From Planctomycetota bacterium (lineage in GTDB: Bacteria > Planctomycetota > UBA1135 > GCA-002686595): a DNA stretch of 64,000 nucleotides. How positions within the stretch are numbered: the stretch's first letter is position 1; each line of letters opens with the position of its first letter. Shown here in pieces: positions 8,648 through 17,557 of the stretch. Position numbers and translations under genes: made by a program. The notes under the pieces were generated by a model that saw only the letters and a program-made list of their open reading frames with translations, was not told where the DNA came from and searched no databases. Where the stretch lies: the NCBI GenBank assembly GCA_044228955.1, contig JBGATY010000002.1:10160-74159 (forward strand). Direction: 5' to 3'.

Positions 8648-9127
8648 TCAGTCGCGCGGTGGCTGCAGGCCGAGCTTGTGGCACGTGTTCGCCACGTGCG
8701 TTCCGCGCCAGAAGACGGTGCCGCAGCGCGGGCAGGTGAAGAATTGTTCGTGACGCTCGCGCACGCAGTCGGGCACGCGGGCGGCGGCCTCCTCGGCGCT
8801 GGCGGCGGCGAGCTCGACGTTGCAGCGGATGCAGCGCGTGAAGAGCCGCGCGGCACTGTCGAGCCCGAATGCGCTCACGACCTGGTGCAAGTGCTCGACC
8901 GGGTCGTTGCCCGCGAGCACGAGGCAGCGCCGGGGCGGGCGGATCTCCCCGCCGAGGCGCGAATTGCGAGTCAGGAGGATCCGCTCCTCGAGGTCGGCAC
9001 GGCGCGCCAGCGCGCGTGTGCCTTCGTGTTCGTGCCAGGTCGCGTCGTAGCCGAGACAGCGCAGGTACTTGCCGACCCGCACGGCCATGCCGTCGACGAG
9101 GAAGCGCGGTGCGGGATCAGCGTTCAC
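8648..9127 (-). CDS. Mut7-C RNase domain protein (PIN-like domain plus C-terminal zinc ribbon)
   Basis: RFLVDGMAVRVGKYLRCLGYD at the N-terminus. CxxC...CPRC ribbon (CIRCN...CPRCGTVFWRGTH). Confidence 0.8.
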   Translation of the reverse strand: MNADPAPRFLVDGMAVRVGKYLRCLGYDATWHEHEGTRALARRADLEERILLTRNSRLGGEIRPPRRCLVLAGNDPVEHLHQVVSAFGLDSAARLFTRCIRCNVELAAASAEEAAARVPDCVRERHEQFFTCPRCGTVFWRGTHVANTCHKLGLQPPRD

Positions 9128-9262
9128 GACACCATCTTGCCGCCTCGTGCTCGGCGGGGCTTCCTGACGAGTGCCGCCCTGGGATAGCAGCCGCTCCAGG
9201 TCGAAGGCCCCAGATTCACAGGCGAATTCCGCCTGTCGTGTTTAGGATGTCGCAAACGGGCG

Positions 9263-10468
9263 GTGCGCGTGGACTGGGTGCTTCGATCGCTGGGACTTCT
9301 GATCGTCGCTGTGGCGATCTTCTTCGACTCGCTGGGCACGGGTGGCGAGCCGGGGTTCGGCAACGGCCAGCGAGTGCTGCTCGCCGCCGGATCTTTCGTC
9401 GTCGTGCTCGGGTTCGTGCGAGGCAGGGCGCGGCGCATCGGTGTGCGTGTGGCGCTGGTCTGCGCATCGGCGTGCGTGATGTTGTTCCTGGCGGAGGCGA
9501 TCACCTACTTCTTCCTCACCCCGCACGCGACGCGCAACCCTTCCTTCTCGCTACGCGGGTACGTTCGACCGGCGGCTTGGGGCGGCTACGAGCTCACGCC
9601 CGGTTGGCACGGCCGCTTCGAGGACGGGATCCTCTCGATCGACGTCGCGATCAACGCGTTCGGAGACCGCGACGATCCGCCCGACGCCTCCGACGCGCGC
9701 GCCGAGCAGCGCGTCCTCTTGATCGGCGATTCATTCGCGTTCGGTTGGGGACTCGAGGCCAAGGACACCATCGACGCGCAGATCGAAGCTGTCTCGCAAG
9801 GCCGCGTGTCGAGCTACACGATAGGCGTGCCCGGCTACGGTCCGGCAGACACCCTCGAGCGCCTGCGTGAGAGCCGAGCCTGCGTGCCGACCACCACGAT
9901 TTTCGTGATGTGCGAGAACGACCTGCGCAGCGACAACCGCGACGAGTCGGTTCACACGGCCTTCGAGGGCATGATCGTCTCACGCCGCCGGTCGGACGGA
10001 TCTCCACGCGACCCCTCCGAGTGGCGCGCGGAGATCGCGTGCGCGGAGCGCATGGACAAGCCGGCTTGGCAGACGGAGTGGAGAGGATTCCTCGGCCTGA
10101 ACACCTTGCGACGACGCGTCGCCGGGCTGCTCGATCCCGCTGTCGCGCTCGCCGAGGGCCCCCCCGAGGACTACGACGCGACCTCGCTCGCATCCGCCGT
10201 GAAGAACACCGTCGCGATGCAGGCCCTCGCGCGCGAGCGGGGTGGAGCATTCGTCGTGGTGGTGATCCCCGGGCGCGGCGAGGCTGCGCGAGAGCAACAG
10301 TTCGCGCCGGTCGCGCGCTACGTCTCCGAGCTCGAGCGACTTTCGATTCCGGTCGTCGAAGTACGCGACCGCCTGAAGTACCACGACTATCTCGCGCACG
10401 ACGCGCACTTGTCTCGCAGCGGAGCCAAAGTCGTGGCGCAGGCGATCGTCGAGTACGTCCAGCGCTGA
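9263..10468 (+). CDS. membrane-anchored SGNH/GDSL-family hydrolase
   Basis: N-terminal TM helices. Block I LLIGDSFAFGWGL, block V-like HLSRSGAKVVAQAI. Confidence 0.7.
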   Translation: MRVDWVLRSLGLLIVAVAIFFDSLGTGGEPGFGNGQRVLLAAGSFVVVLGFVRGRARRIGVRVALVCASACVMLFLAEAITYFFLTPHATRNPSFSLRGYVRPAAWGGYELTPGWHGRFEDGILSIDVAINAFGDRDDPPDASDARAEQRVLLIGDSFAFGWGLEAKDTIDAQIEAVSQGRVSSYTIGVPGYGPADTLERLRESRACVPTTTIFVMCENDLRSDNRDESVHTAFEGMIVSRRRSDGSPRDPSEWRAEIACAERMDKPAWQTEWRGFLGLNTLRRRVAGLLDPAVALAEGPPEDYDATSLASAVKNTVAMQALARERGGAFVVVVIPGRGEAAREQQFAPVARYVSELERLSIPVVEVRDRLKYHDYLAHDAHLSRSGAKVVAQAIVEYVQR

Positions 10469-10531
10469 GCGAGACGATCCGGCCTCGCGCGCGGCGGCGA
10501 GCCGGGTCCGACCCGCGCGTCGACGGGACCG

Positions 10532-11008
10532 CTACTTCACCTCGAAGTGCGCGGTTTCCGCCAACCAGTCGTCGAGGCGCACTTCGATCGAGTACGTCCC
10601 GACGGGCAGACCTTTCGGGTCCGCGAACTCGAACAGCGTCGCGAGCGAACCGTTGTAGGTGACAAGGCGCATCTCGCTGCCGAGCACGTCGCCGCGCGCA
10701 TCGAGCCAGCGCACGCCGATGTTGGCCGTCTTCGCGGAACCGTCGGAGTAGACGGAGACGGCGATCGTGTCCTTCGGCGAGAAGACATGCTTCTCCACGG
10801 CGACGTGATCGTATTGACCGCGACCCGAGCCGACGTGCACACCGGTGATGGCGACGTCCTTGGGTTTCTCTGCGACCTTGGCCGGAGCGGTCACCGCGGG
10901 GGGAGTCGCGGGGGCGGCCGCGGCGGGAACGTGGTCCGTCTTGGCGCAGCCCGGAGCCCCGAGCGCGAGCAAGGCCGACAACGACGGGAAGAGCAGCGAT
11001 CGAAGCAT
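10532..11008 (-). CDS. lipoprotein of unknown function
   Basis: ATG at 11008. Signal plus lipobox MLRSLLFPSLSALLALGAPGC, then a Pro/Ala linker and a beta-rich domain. The track ORF start at 11272 is an upstream extension. Confidence 0.65.
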   Translation of the reverse strand: MLRSLLFPSLSALLALGAPGCAKTDHVPAAAAPATPPAVTAPAKVAEKPKDVAITGVHVGSGRGQYDHVAVEKHVFSPKDTIAVSVYSDGSAKTANIGVRWLDARGDVLGSEMRLVTYNGSLATLFEFADPKGLPVGTYSIEVRLDDWLAETAHFEVK

Positions 11009-11169
11009 GGTGGTCTCGAATTGGGCGCGGGACGGCGGCACTGTCACTCTCACGAGCCTAGCGTTTCCGGCGTAATCGGCCACGGGAACGGTATCGGCAG
11101 TAGGATGCGTCCGCCGCGGTCCGCGTTGCTGCGCCGCGCTTCCTTCTCCACTTCCCATCGGGTGCGACC

Positions 11170-13746
11170 ATGTGCTTCCCTGCCTCGATTCGCGGTGCCA
11201 TTCCGCTCCTCGCCCTCGTTGTTTCGTTCGCGTCCTGGCCAGCAAGCGCCGGCACGTCGCAATCACGACCACAAGGACTCGCCTCGTCCGATTGGGCGAC
11301 GATCCGTCGTCTGGTTGGGGCCGATCGATATGTCGCGCGAACCGAGGGCAACGACTTCATCGCGTACAACCCCTGCCAGCAGTGGGTGACTCGGTTCGAT
11401 CGCCGGGGCTTCACGATTCGGCCTGAACACGGCGAATGGACGTGGGGCCTCCAACTGGAACACTTCGGATTCGCAGGTTGCGAGAGACACGTGAACGACC
11501 CGTCGTCCGTGTGCAGCGCGGACTCGCGCGTGACCTACACATGGGATGAGACGCTGCAAGAGTCGTGGATCAACGACGCGCGCGGAATCGAGCACGGGTA
11601 CACGGTGCTCGAGCGGCCCGAGACCGAGATCTGCGGACCTCTCTCGATCACGCTCTCCATCCGCGGAGATTTGCTTCCCCGCGTGCTAGACGGCGGCCGG
11701 CTCATTCGATTCTCTTCGCAGCCGGGAGCTGCCGTCCTCGACTACATGGGCTTGACGGTCTTCGACGCGAAGGGGCGCGAGCTCGAAGCACGTTTCGTCG
11801 AAGCCGCGCCCGCGTCGATTCGGGTCGAGATCGAGGAGTCCGACGCGGCGTATCCCATCACGGTCGATCCCGTCGCCCAGCAGGCGTACCTGAAAGCCTC
11901 CAACACCGATTTCAGCGACTCGTTTGGAAGCGCCGTGGCCATCTCCGGCGACACCGTCGTCGTGGGAGCCCCTGGCGAGTCCAGCCAAGCCATCGGTGTG
12001 AACGGCAATCAAGCCGACAACTCGGCGAGCTACGCGGGAGCTGCCTACGTGTTCGTGCGCAATGGGTCGAGCTGGATGCAGCAGGCGTACCTCAAGGCCT
12101 CGAACACGAATGCCGTGGATCTCTTCGGGGCGTCGGTCGCGGTGTCAGGGGACATTCTCGTGGTCGGCGCTCCATTCGAGTCGAGTGCGGCTGTCGGCAT
12201 CAACGGCAATGAACTCGACAATTCGGCCAACCAGGCCGGCGCAGCGTACGTGTTCGTCCGCACGGGCACCGTATGGGTGCAGGAAGCCTACTTGAAAGCC
12301 TCGAACGCGAACGCGGACGATCAGTTCGGCTGGAGCGTCACGGTGGACGGGAACACGATCGTGGTCGGAGCGCCGAAGGAGGACAGCAGCTCGACTGTAG
12401 TGAATGGCAACGAGCTCGACGAAAACGCTCCGCAAGCAGGTGCCGCGTACGTGTTCGTGCGCAACGGAACGTCCTGGAGTCAGCAGGCCTATCTGAAGGC
12501 ATCCAATGCCACGCAGGGATTCGAGTTCGGCAACGCCGTCGCGCTGTCCGGCGACATCGCGGTCGTCGGGTCTCACCATGAATTCGGCGACTCGACGGGC
12601 GTCAATGGCAATCAGTCCCTGCAAAACACACCTTTGGCGGGTGCGGCGTACGCGTTCGCGCGGATGGGAGCGTCCTGGACGCAACAGGCCTATTTCAAGG
12701 CCTCGAACACGGAGGCGTACGACGCGTTCGGCAGCTCGGTCGCGGTAGAGGGTGATACCGTTTCCGTGGGGGCGCCCTACGAAGACAGCGCCGCGAGCGG
12801 CGTGAACGGCAATCAGGCAGACAACACCGCGGCCGATTCCGGTGCCGTCTACACATTCCACTGGAACGGGAGCACGTGGAGCCAACAGGCATACTTGAAA
12901 GCGTCGAACACGGGCGTTTCCGACCACTTCGGAAACGCCGTGTCGATTTCGGGCAACCTGCTCGTAGCCGGAGCCAGTTTCGAGGAGAGCTCGGCCACCG
13001 GCGTGAATGGCGATCAGAGCAGCAACCTCTCGAGTTCGTCCGGAGCGGCTTACGTTTTCGTCCGGACAGTCTCCGTCTGGAGCCAGATTGGGTACCTGAA
13101 GGCCTTCAACACGGGGGCGGGCGACAGTTTCGGTCAAGCCGCGTCCTTGTCCGGTGCGACGGCCCTGATCGGTGCTCCCAACGAAGACAGCAACGCCACC
13201 GGGGTCAACGGGAACGGTCTGAACAACACCGGTTTCGATTCGGGCGCCGCCTACGTGTTCACGCTCGACCCTGTTCCGGCGTCCTTCTGCCTCGGTGACG
13301 GCACCCAGTCTCCGTGTCCCTGCGGCAATCCGGGCGCTGCCGGGCGGGGCTGCGGAAGCAGCGCCTTCTCAGGTGGGGCGCTCCTCGCCGCATCGGGGAA
13401 TCCAGGCGCTTCAGTCGGAACCGACAGCCTCGTGCTGACCGCGACGGACATCCCCGGGCCAGGTCTGTTCTTCCAATCGATCGGCGTGGCGGCGGCCCCG
13501 ATTCCATTCGGGGACGGACTGCTTTGCGCATCTGTCGGAATCGTTCGACTGGGCGTCGTGTTCCCAGCCGCAGGCAGCGCGTCCTATCCGGGCGGACTCA
13601 CTCCGAATCCCATCCACGTAGCCGGAGCTCCCCTCACCGCGGGAAGCACAAGGCATTATCAATGCTGGTACCGCTCCCAGCCGGGACTCTGCAGCGCGAA
13701 CAACTTCGATTTGACACAGGGCTTGACCATCACATGGTGGCCATGA
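11170..13746 (+). CDS. secreted FG-GAP-type 7-blade beta-propeller protein with shared Cys-containing C-terminal domain
   Basis: Signal peptide. Seven repeats of the form AYLKASNT..D.FG.SVA.SGD..VVGAP.E.S...GVNGNQ.DNSA..AGAAYVF. The C-terminal 153 aa are homologous to the C-termini of the 34521 and 45055 proteins. Confidence 0.88.
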   Translation: MCFPASIRGAIPLLALVVSFASWPASAGTSQSRPQGLASSDWATIRRLVGADRYVARTEGNDFIAYNPCQQWVTRFDRRGFTIRPEHGEWTWGLQLEHFGFAGCERHVNDPSSVCSADSRVTYTWDETLQESWINDARGIEHGYTVLERPETEICGPLSITLSIRGDLLPRVLDGGRLIRFSSQPGAAVLDYMGLTVFDAKGRELEARFVEAAPASIRVEIEESDAAYPITVDPVAQQAYLKASNTDFSDSFGSAVAISGDTVVVGAPGESSQAIGVNGNQADNSASYAGAAYVFVRNGSSWMQQAYLKASNTNAVDLFGASVAVSGDILVVGAPFESSAAVGINGNELDNSANQAGAAYVFVRTGTVWVQEAYLKASNANADDQFGWSVTVDGNTIVVGAPKEDSSSTVVNGNELDENAPQAGAAYVFVRNGTSWSQQAYLKASNATQGFEFGNAVALSGDIAVVGSHHEFGDSTGVNGNQSLQNTPLAGAAYAFARMGASWTQQAYFKASNTEAYDAFGSSVAVEGDTVSVGAPYEDSAASGVNGNQADNTAADSGAVYTFHWNGSTWSQQAYLKASNTGVSDHFGNAVSISGNLLVAGASFEESSATGVNGDQSSNLSSSSGAAYVFVRTVSVWSQIGYLKAFNTGAGDSFGQAASLSGATALIGAPNEDSNATGVNGNGLNNTGFDSGAAYVFTLDPVPASFCLGDGTQSPCPCGNPGAAGRGCGSSAFSGGALLAASGNPGASVGTDSLVLTATDIPGPGLFFQSIGVAAAPIPFGDGLLCASVGIVRLGVVFPAAGSASYPGGLTPNPIHVAGAPLTAGSTRHYQCWYRSQPGLCSANNFDLTQGLTITWWP
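11878..13266 (+). repeat. seven tandem ~198-nt coding repeats (FG-GAP blades)
   Basis: Seven consecutive ~66-aa units, each starting Q(Q/E/I)(A/G)Y(L/F)KA(S/F)N and ending AGAAYVF-like. These are protein repeats, not CRISPR. Confidence 0.85.
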
Positions 13747-14208
13747 CTGCGAAAAAAGGCCTGTGGGCCGGGGAGCCCAACGTCGCGTCGTTCCGCGCGG
13801 GGTGCGGCTGAGACGCTGCATGCCAAAGCAGATCACCTTGCTCCATCTGGCGACGCGAGGTCACTCGCATGCGTCGGGCGCAGGCTGCGGTCGTCGGGGC
13901 CGCAGGGCCTTCATGCGCGAGGCGAGCGGCGTGGTTCTGACGCCGAGCAAGGCAGCGGCGCCGTCCATGCCGCATGTCTTCCCGCATCGGCACGTGGCAG
14001 GTCCGCGCGGGAAGGCCAACCTCAACCTCGCCCCAGAGATCCTCAAAGGACTCAACGCCGATTTCGCCGGCAGCCTGGCAAGGCTGAGAAGAACTGGCCC
14101 GGCCGCGTGAGAAAGCAAGTCCAGTGAGACCGGCGCAGCCTGGCCAGGGCGCGAGTTCCGGTCAGGCACAGGCTGTTCTTGGACCGCGCGAAAGAGACGC
14201 ACTCGACC

Positions 14209-14520
14209 ATGACCCTCGTCGCACTCGTCCCGCCCTTCGCGCTCGCGACAGCGCGCGCCAAGGTGCGCCTGGCCGAGGACACCTGGAACTCGCGCGATCC
14301 TGATCGTGTCGTGCATGGGTACACCGAGGATTGCGACGGGCGCAATCGCAGCAGGTTCCTGAACGGCCGCGAGGAACTGCACGCGTTCCTTCAAGGCAAG
14401 TGGAGACGTGAGCGTGATTACCGCCTGATCAAGTCGACCTGGGCTCTCGGCGATTTAGAGCCGACGGTGGATGCGCTGCGGAAGTGGATCGCGTTGCTCG
14501 AAGCGAACTCACTGCTGTGA
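14209..14520 (+). pseudogene. DUF1348 (NTF2-like) family gene, C-terminally truncated
   Basis: [34 protein letters not shown]...[14 protein letters not shown] matches the DUF1348 N-terminal ~80 aa. It then diverges and stops ~50 aa short. The conserved WRNR is replaced by DGRNR. Confidence 0.55.
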
Positions 14521-14619
14521 CGGGCCCGTGACCGTCCGGCGTTGGCCGCCCGCTCGGCGCGCCGACGCGCGGGAATGAGGACCTGGGCGGGCCCATTCCG
14601 AGCGAAATAGGGTGATTTC

Positions 14620-14645
14620 GTAACCGCACGGGCGCCGCGGTCGTT
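14620..14645 (+). promoter_or_regulatory. candidate ECF-type promoter (GTAACC-N16-CGTT) upstream of the sigma gene
   Basis: GTAACC at 14620-14625, a 16-nt spacer and CGTT at 14642-14645, ~35 nt upstream of the sigma start. Resembles the generic GGAAC-N16/17-CGT ECF architecture. Confidence 0.3.
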
Positions 14646-14680
14646 TCGGACTGCGTGGAAGAGCACCTACTCTGCACCGG

Positions 14681-15256
14681 ATGCCGCCCGTCACCGAAGC
14701 CGAACTGCTCGCACTCTGGAGAGCGGGGGACGACGACGCGGGGGCACAGCTGTGCAGGCGACACGTCCAGCTGGTCATGCGCATCGCGGCTGCGTACCGG
14801 CCGCGTTCGTGCGGCGTCGACGATCTGGTCCAGGAGGTGTTCTTGACCATGTTCGCGCGCAGCGAGCGGTACACGGAGCGCGACGGCGTGCCGTTCGAGC
14901 ACTGGTTGTCGCGGCTGGCGGTCAACGTGTGCCGCGACGAGCTGCGCAGCGAGAAACGCGAGCCGACCCATGGCACGCTCTCGCCGGACGGCGAGCGCGT
15001 GTTGGCGTGGCTCGCGAGCGGCGGGGAGGAAGCAGTCGGTGACGCTCACGCGGCACGCGAGGCCGTCGAGGCACTGCTCGCGCGGCTGCCGGCGGACGAC
15101 CGGATGATCCTCACGCTGCTCGACATCGAGGGTCGCTCGACGGTCGAGATCGCGGCACTCACGGGCTGGAGCCGTACGCTGGTGAAAGTGCGCGCGTTCC
15201 GGGCGCGCCGGAGGTTGCGCGCGGTGGCGGAACGGCTCGAGCGGAGGGATGGATGA
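14681..15256 (+). CDS. ECF-family RNA polymerase sigma factor
   Basis: Region 2 (DLVQEVFLTMF, FEHWLSRLAVNVCRDELR) and region 4 (ILTLLDIEGRSTVEIAALTGWSRTLVKVRAFRARRRL). Confidence 0.9.
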   Translation: MPPVTEAELLALWRAGDDDAGAQLCRRHVQLVMRIAAAYRPRSCGVDDLVQEVFLTMFARSERYTERDGVPFEHWLSRLAVNVCRDELRSEKREPTHGTLSPDGERVLAWLASGGEEAVGDAHAAREAVEALLARLPADDRMILTLLDIEGRSTVEIAALTGWSRTLVKVRAFRARRRLRAVAERLERRDG

Positions 15257-15594
15257 ACATCGACCAGCCGGGATTCGATCGTCGCTGGCTCGAGCTCGCG
15301 CGGACCGCGCGCACGGGGCCGCGAGCGGAGCCCTTCGCGCTCGAGATCGCGCGCCGGGCTCGACGGCGCGAGCCCGAGGCGTTGCCGCTCGTGTCCGCGC
15401 GCTCGGCGTGGTGGTGTGGCATTGCGGCGGCCGTCGTCACCTGTTTCCTCGCCCCGCTCGCGTTCGAGCGCGTCGAACTGCCGCCGACGGTCGTCGACCT
15501 CTCGCCGCCCGATCTGCCTCCGCCACCGTCCCTGGAATCGCCTTCCTACTATCTCGCCCGGGCCGGTGCGGCCTGGAAGGAACTCACGCCATGA
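15253..15594 (+). CDS. putative single-pass anti-sigma factor
   Basis: ATGA overlap with the sigma stop. One TM helix (WWCGIAAAVVTCFLAPLAF). Assigned by position. Confidence 0.6.
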   Translation: MNIDQPGFDRRWLELARTARTGPRAEPFALEIARRARRREPEALPLVSARSAWWCGIAAAVVTCFLAPLAFERVELPPTVVDLSPPDLPPPPSLESPSYYLARAGAAWKELTP

Positions 15595-16118
15595 TCCTGG
15601 CCGACATCCTGCAGTGGTTCTTGTTGATCCTCGGCGCCATTCTCACGCTCAACGCGCACTGGATGGGAGCTCACGCGTTGTTCCCCGACGTCGTTCGACG
15701 CGCGCGCGAGCGATACGTGACCTCGCCCGTGAAAGCGACGTTCGTCGGGCTCGCGATCCTGATCCCGAACGTCGTCGTGGCGACCGTCCTCGCCAAGACG
15801 ATCCCGCATCCTGCGGTCCAGTCACTCGCGGTGGGACTGTTGCTGATCGTCGGCCTCTTGGCCTTGGTCGGATCGGCGGGTCTCGTCGAACGCATCGGAC
15901 TCGGCATGCCGTCGCAGCGCGACGCCGAACAGCCGTGGCGGCGCGTCATGCGTGGCGGCATCGTGCTCGGCCTCGCGTTCCTGATGCCGTTCCTGGGTTG
16001 GTTCGTGTTGTTGCCGTGGACGTTGATCAGCGGCCTCGGCGCGTGGGCGCTCGCGGGGCGCGCGCCGCGTGCCGTCGTGCTGGCTTCGACGTCCGAGCCG
16101 CTGCGAGCGGCGGACTGA
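15591..16118 (+). CDS. polytopic membrane protein of unknown function
   Basis: ATGA overlap with the preceding stop. 4-5 hydrophobic helices. The track ORF start at 15249 is an upstream extension. Confidence 0.6.
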   Translation: MILADILQWFLLILGAILTLNAHWMGAHALFPDVVRRARERYVTSPVKATFVGLAILIPNVVVATVLAKTIPHPAVQSLAVGLLLIVGLLALVGSAGLVERIGLGMPSQRDAEQPWRRVMRGGIVLGLAFLMPFLGWFVLLPWTLISGLGAWALAGRAPRAVVLASTSEPLRAAD

Positions 16119-16123
16119 GAGCC

Positions 16124-17557
16124 GTGGCCGCCTCTCGACGAGAACTGCTCGCGTCCCTGCTCGGTGCGTGGGTCTTCGCGAGCCTGGGCGCCGCGCCCGC
16201 GGTCACGTGGCTGCGGCGCTCGCGCCAGGCGGCGCTGCCCTGGCCCGAGGGTGCGTGCAGCCCCGACCTCGAACACCTGCTCGCGCGTTGCGGTTTCGGT
16301 GCACGGCCGGGCGAGCGCGACACGGGCGACACCGCGGAGCAGTGGATCGAGCGGCAAATCGATTGCGAGGGCATCGAAGATCGGGTCTTCGAGTCACGCC
16401 TGCGGCGCTTCGACACGTGGTACATGGCGGTGGGCGAGCTGTACGAATTCCAGGAGCACGTCGTGCGAGGCGAGCTGCAGTCCGTCGTGCTCCTCGCCGC
16501 CACGCACAGCGAGCGACGCCTGCGCGAATCCGTGCTCGACCTGTGGCGCGACCATTTCAGTCTGAGCCTCGGCAAGGGCGAATGCGCATGGCTCGCCACG
16601 AGCTTCGAGAGGGACGCCTTGCGTCCGCACGCACTCGGGGCTTTCCGCGAGTTGCTGCGCGCCGTGCTCCTGCATCCGGCGATGCTGTGGTTCCTCGACG
16701 GTCGCATGAACCGCGCCGATAGCGGCTCGCCGAACGAGAACTACGCGCGCGAGCTGCTGGAATTGCACACGCTCGGGCTCGACGGCGGATACACGCAGGG
16801 GGACGTGCAGGAGGTCGCACGCGCACTCAGCGGCTGGTGCTCGCGCGGACTGGGCGAGAGGCAGAAAGCGCGCGTCTCGTTCGAGGCAAAACGCCACGAC
16901 GCGCGGTCGAAGCACGTGCTCGGGGTCGAGTTGCCCGAGGCCCTGGGCGAGGACGAAGTCGAACGCGTGCTCGACATCGTCTGCGCGCATCCGGCGACGT
17001 CGCGGCACGTCGCTCGCAAGCTGTGCGCGCGTTTCGTCTCCGACGATCCGCCGCGTAGCGTCGTCGAGGCGGTCGCGGCGAGCTTCGAACGCTCGAACGG
17101 CGACGTTCGGATCGCGCTCTTGACGCTGCTTTCCAGCGTGGAATTCCGTGCCGCCCGTGGGCTCAAGCTGAAGCGGCCGCTGCACTTCGTGGTCTCGGCC
17201 ATCCGCGCGTGCGACGCGACCTGCGAGCCGAGTGACGCGCTGCTCCAGCGGCTGGAGCGGCTGGGCCATGCGCCGTACCTGTGGCCCACGCCTGACGGCT
17301 ACCCCGACACGGCCGTGTTCTGGCGCGCCGGACTGCTCGGTCGCTGGCGCTTCGCCGACGAGTTGGCGCAGGGCCGTTTGCGGGGCGTGCACGTCGACGC
17401 CGCTGAGATAGTCAGCCGCGCCGGCGGACGAGCCCAAGTAGCGAAGTCGTGCCTCGGCCGCGAGCCGACGGCCTTGGAACTGGACGCGTTCACGAACGGC
17501 GACGACGCCGCGGGGCTCGCCGCGATCCTCGCGTGCCCGGGATTCCAGCGATGCTGA
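16124..17557 (+). CDS. DUF1800 family protein with Tat-like signal
   Basis: GTG at 16124. SRRELLASLLGAWVFASLGAAPA signal. Core DLWRDHFS...LLHPAMLWFLDG..N......NENYARELLELHTLG. Confidence 0.85.
   Translation: MAASRRELLASLLGAWVFASLGAAPAVTWLRRSRQAALPWPEGACSPDLEHLLARCGFGARPGERDTGDTAEQWIERQIDCEGIEDRVFESRLRRFDTWYMAVGELYEFQEHVVRGELQSVVLLAATHSERRLRESVLDLWRDHFSLSLGKGECAWLATSFERDALRPHALGAFRELLRAVLLHPAMLWFLDGRMNRADSGSPNENYARELLELHTLGLDGGYTQGDVQEVARALSGWCSRGLGERQKARVSFEAKRHDARSKHVLGVELPEALGEDEVERVLDIVCAHPATSRHVARKLCARFVSDDPPRSVVEAVAASFERSNGDVRIALLTLLSSVEFRAARGLKLKRPLHFVVSAIRACDATCEPSDALLQRLERLGHAPYLWPTPDGYPDTAVFWRAGLLGRWRFADELAQGRLRGVHVDAAEIVSRAGGRAQVAKSCLGREPTALELDAFTNGDDAAGLAAILACPGFQRC

Noticed and set aside
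11878-13266. Regularly spaced ~198-nt DNA repeats, considered as a possible CRISPR-like or satellite array
   Set aside because: The repeats are in frame within a long ORF, conserved at the protein level as FG-GAP blades and diverged at the DNA level. There is no repeat-spacer structure.
13763-14110. 115-aa plus-strand ORF and the overlapping 177-aa minus-strand ORF (13861-14394)
   Set aside because: They are mutually overlapping with no motifs and poor codon-position bias. The minus-strand ORF also overlaps the recognisable DUF1348 remnant.
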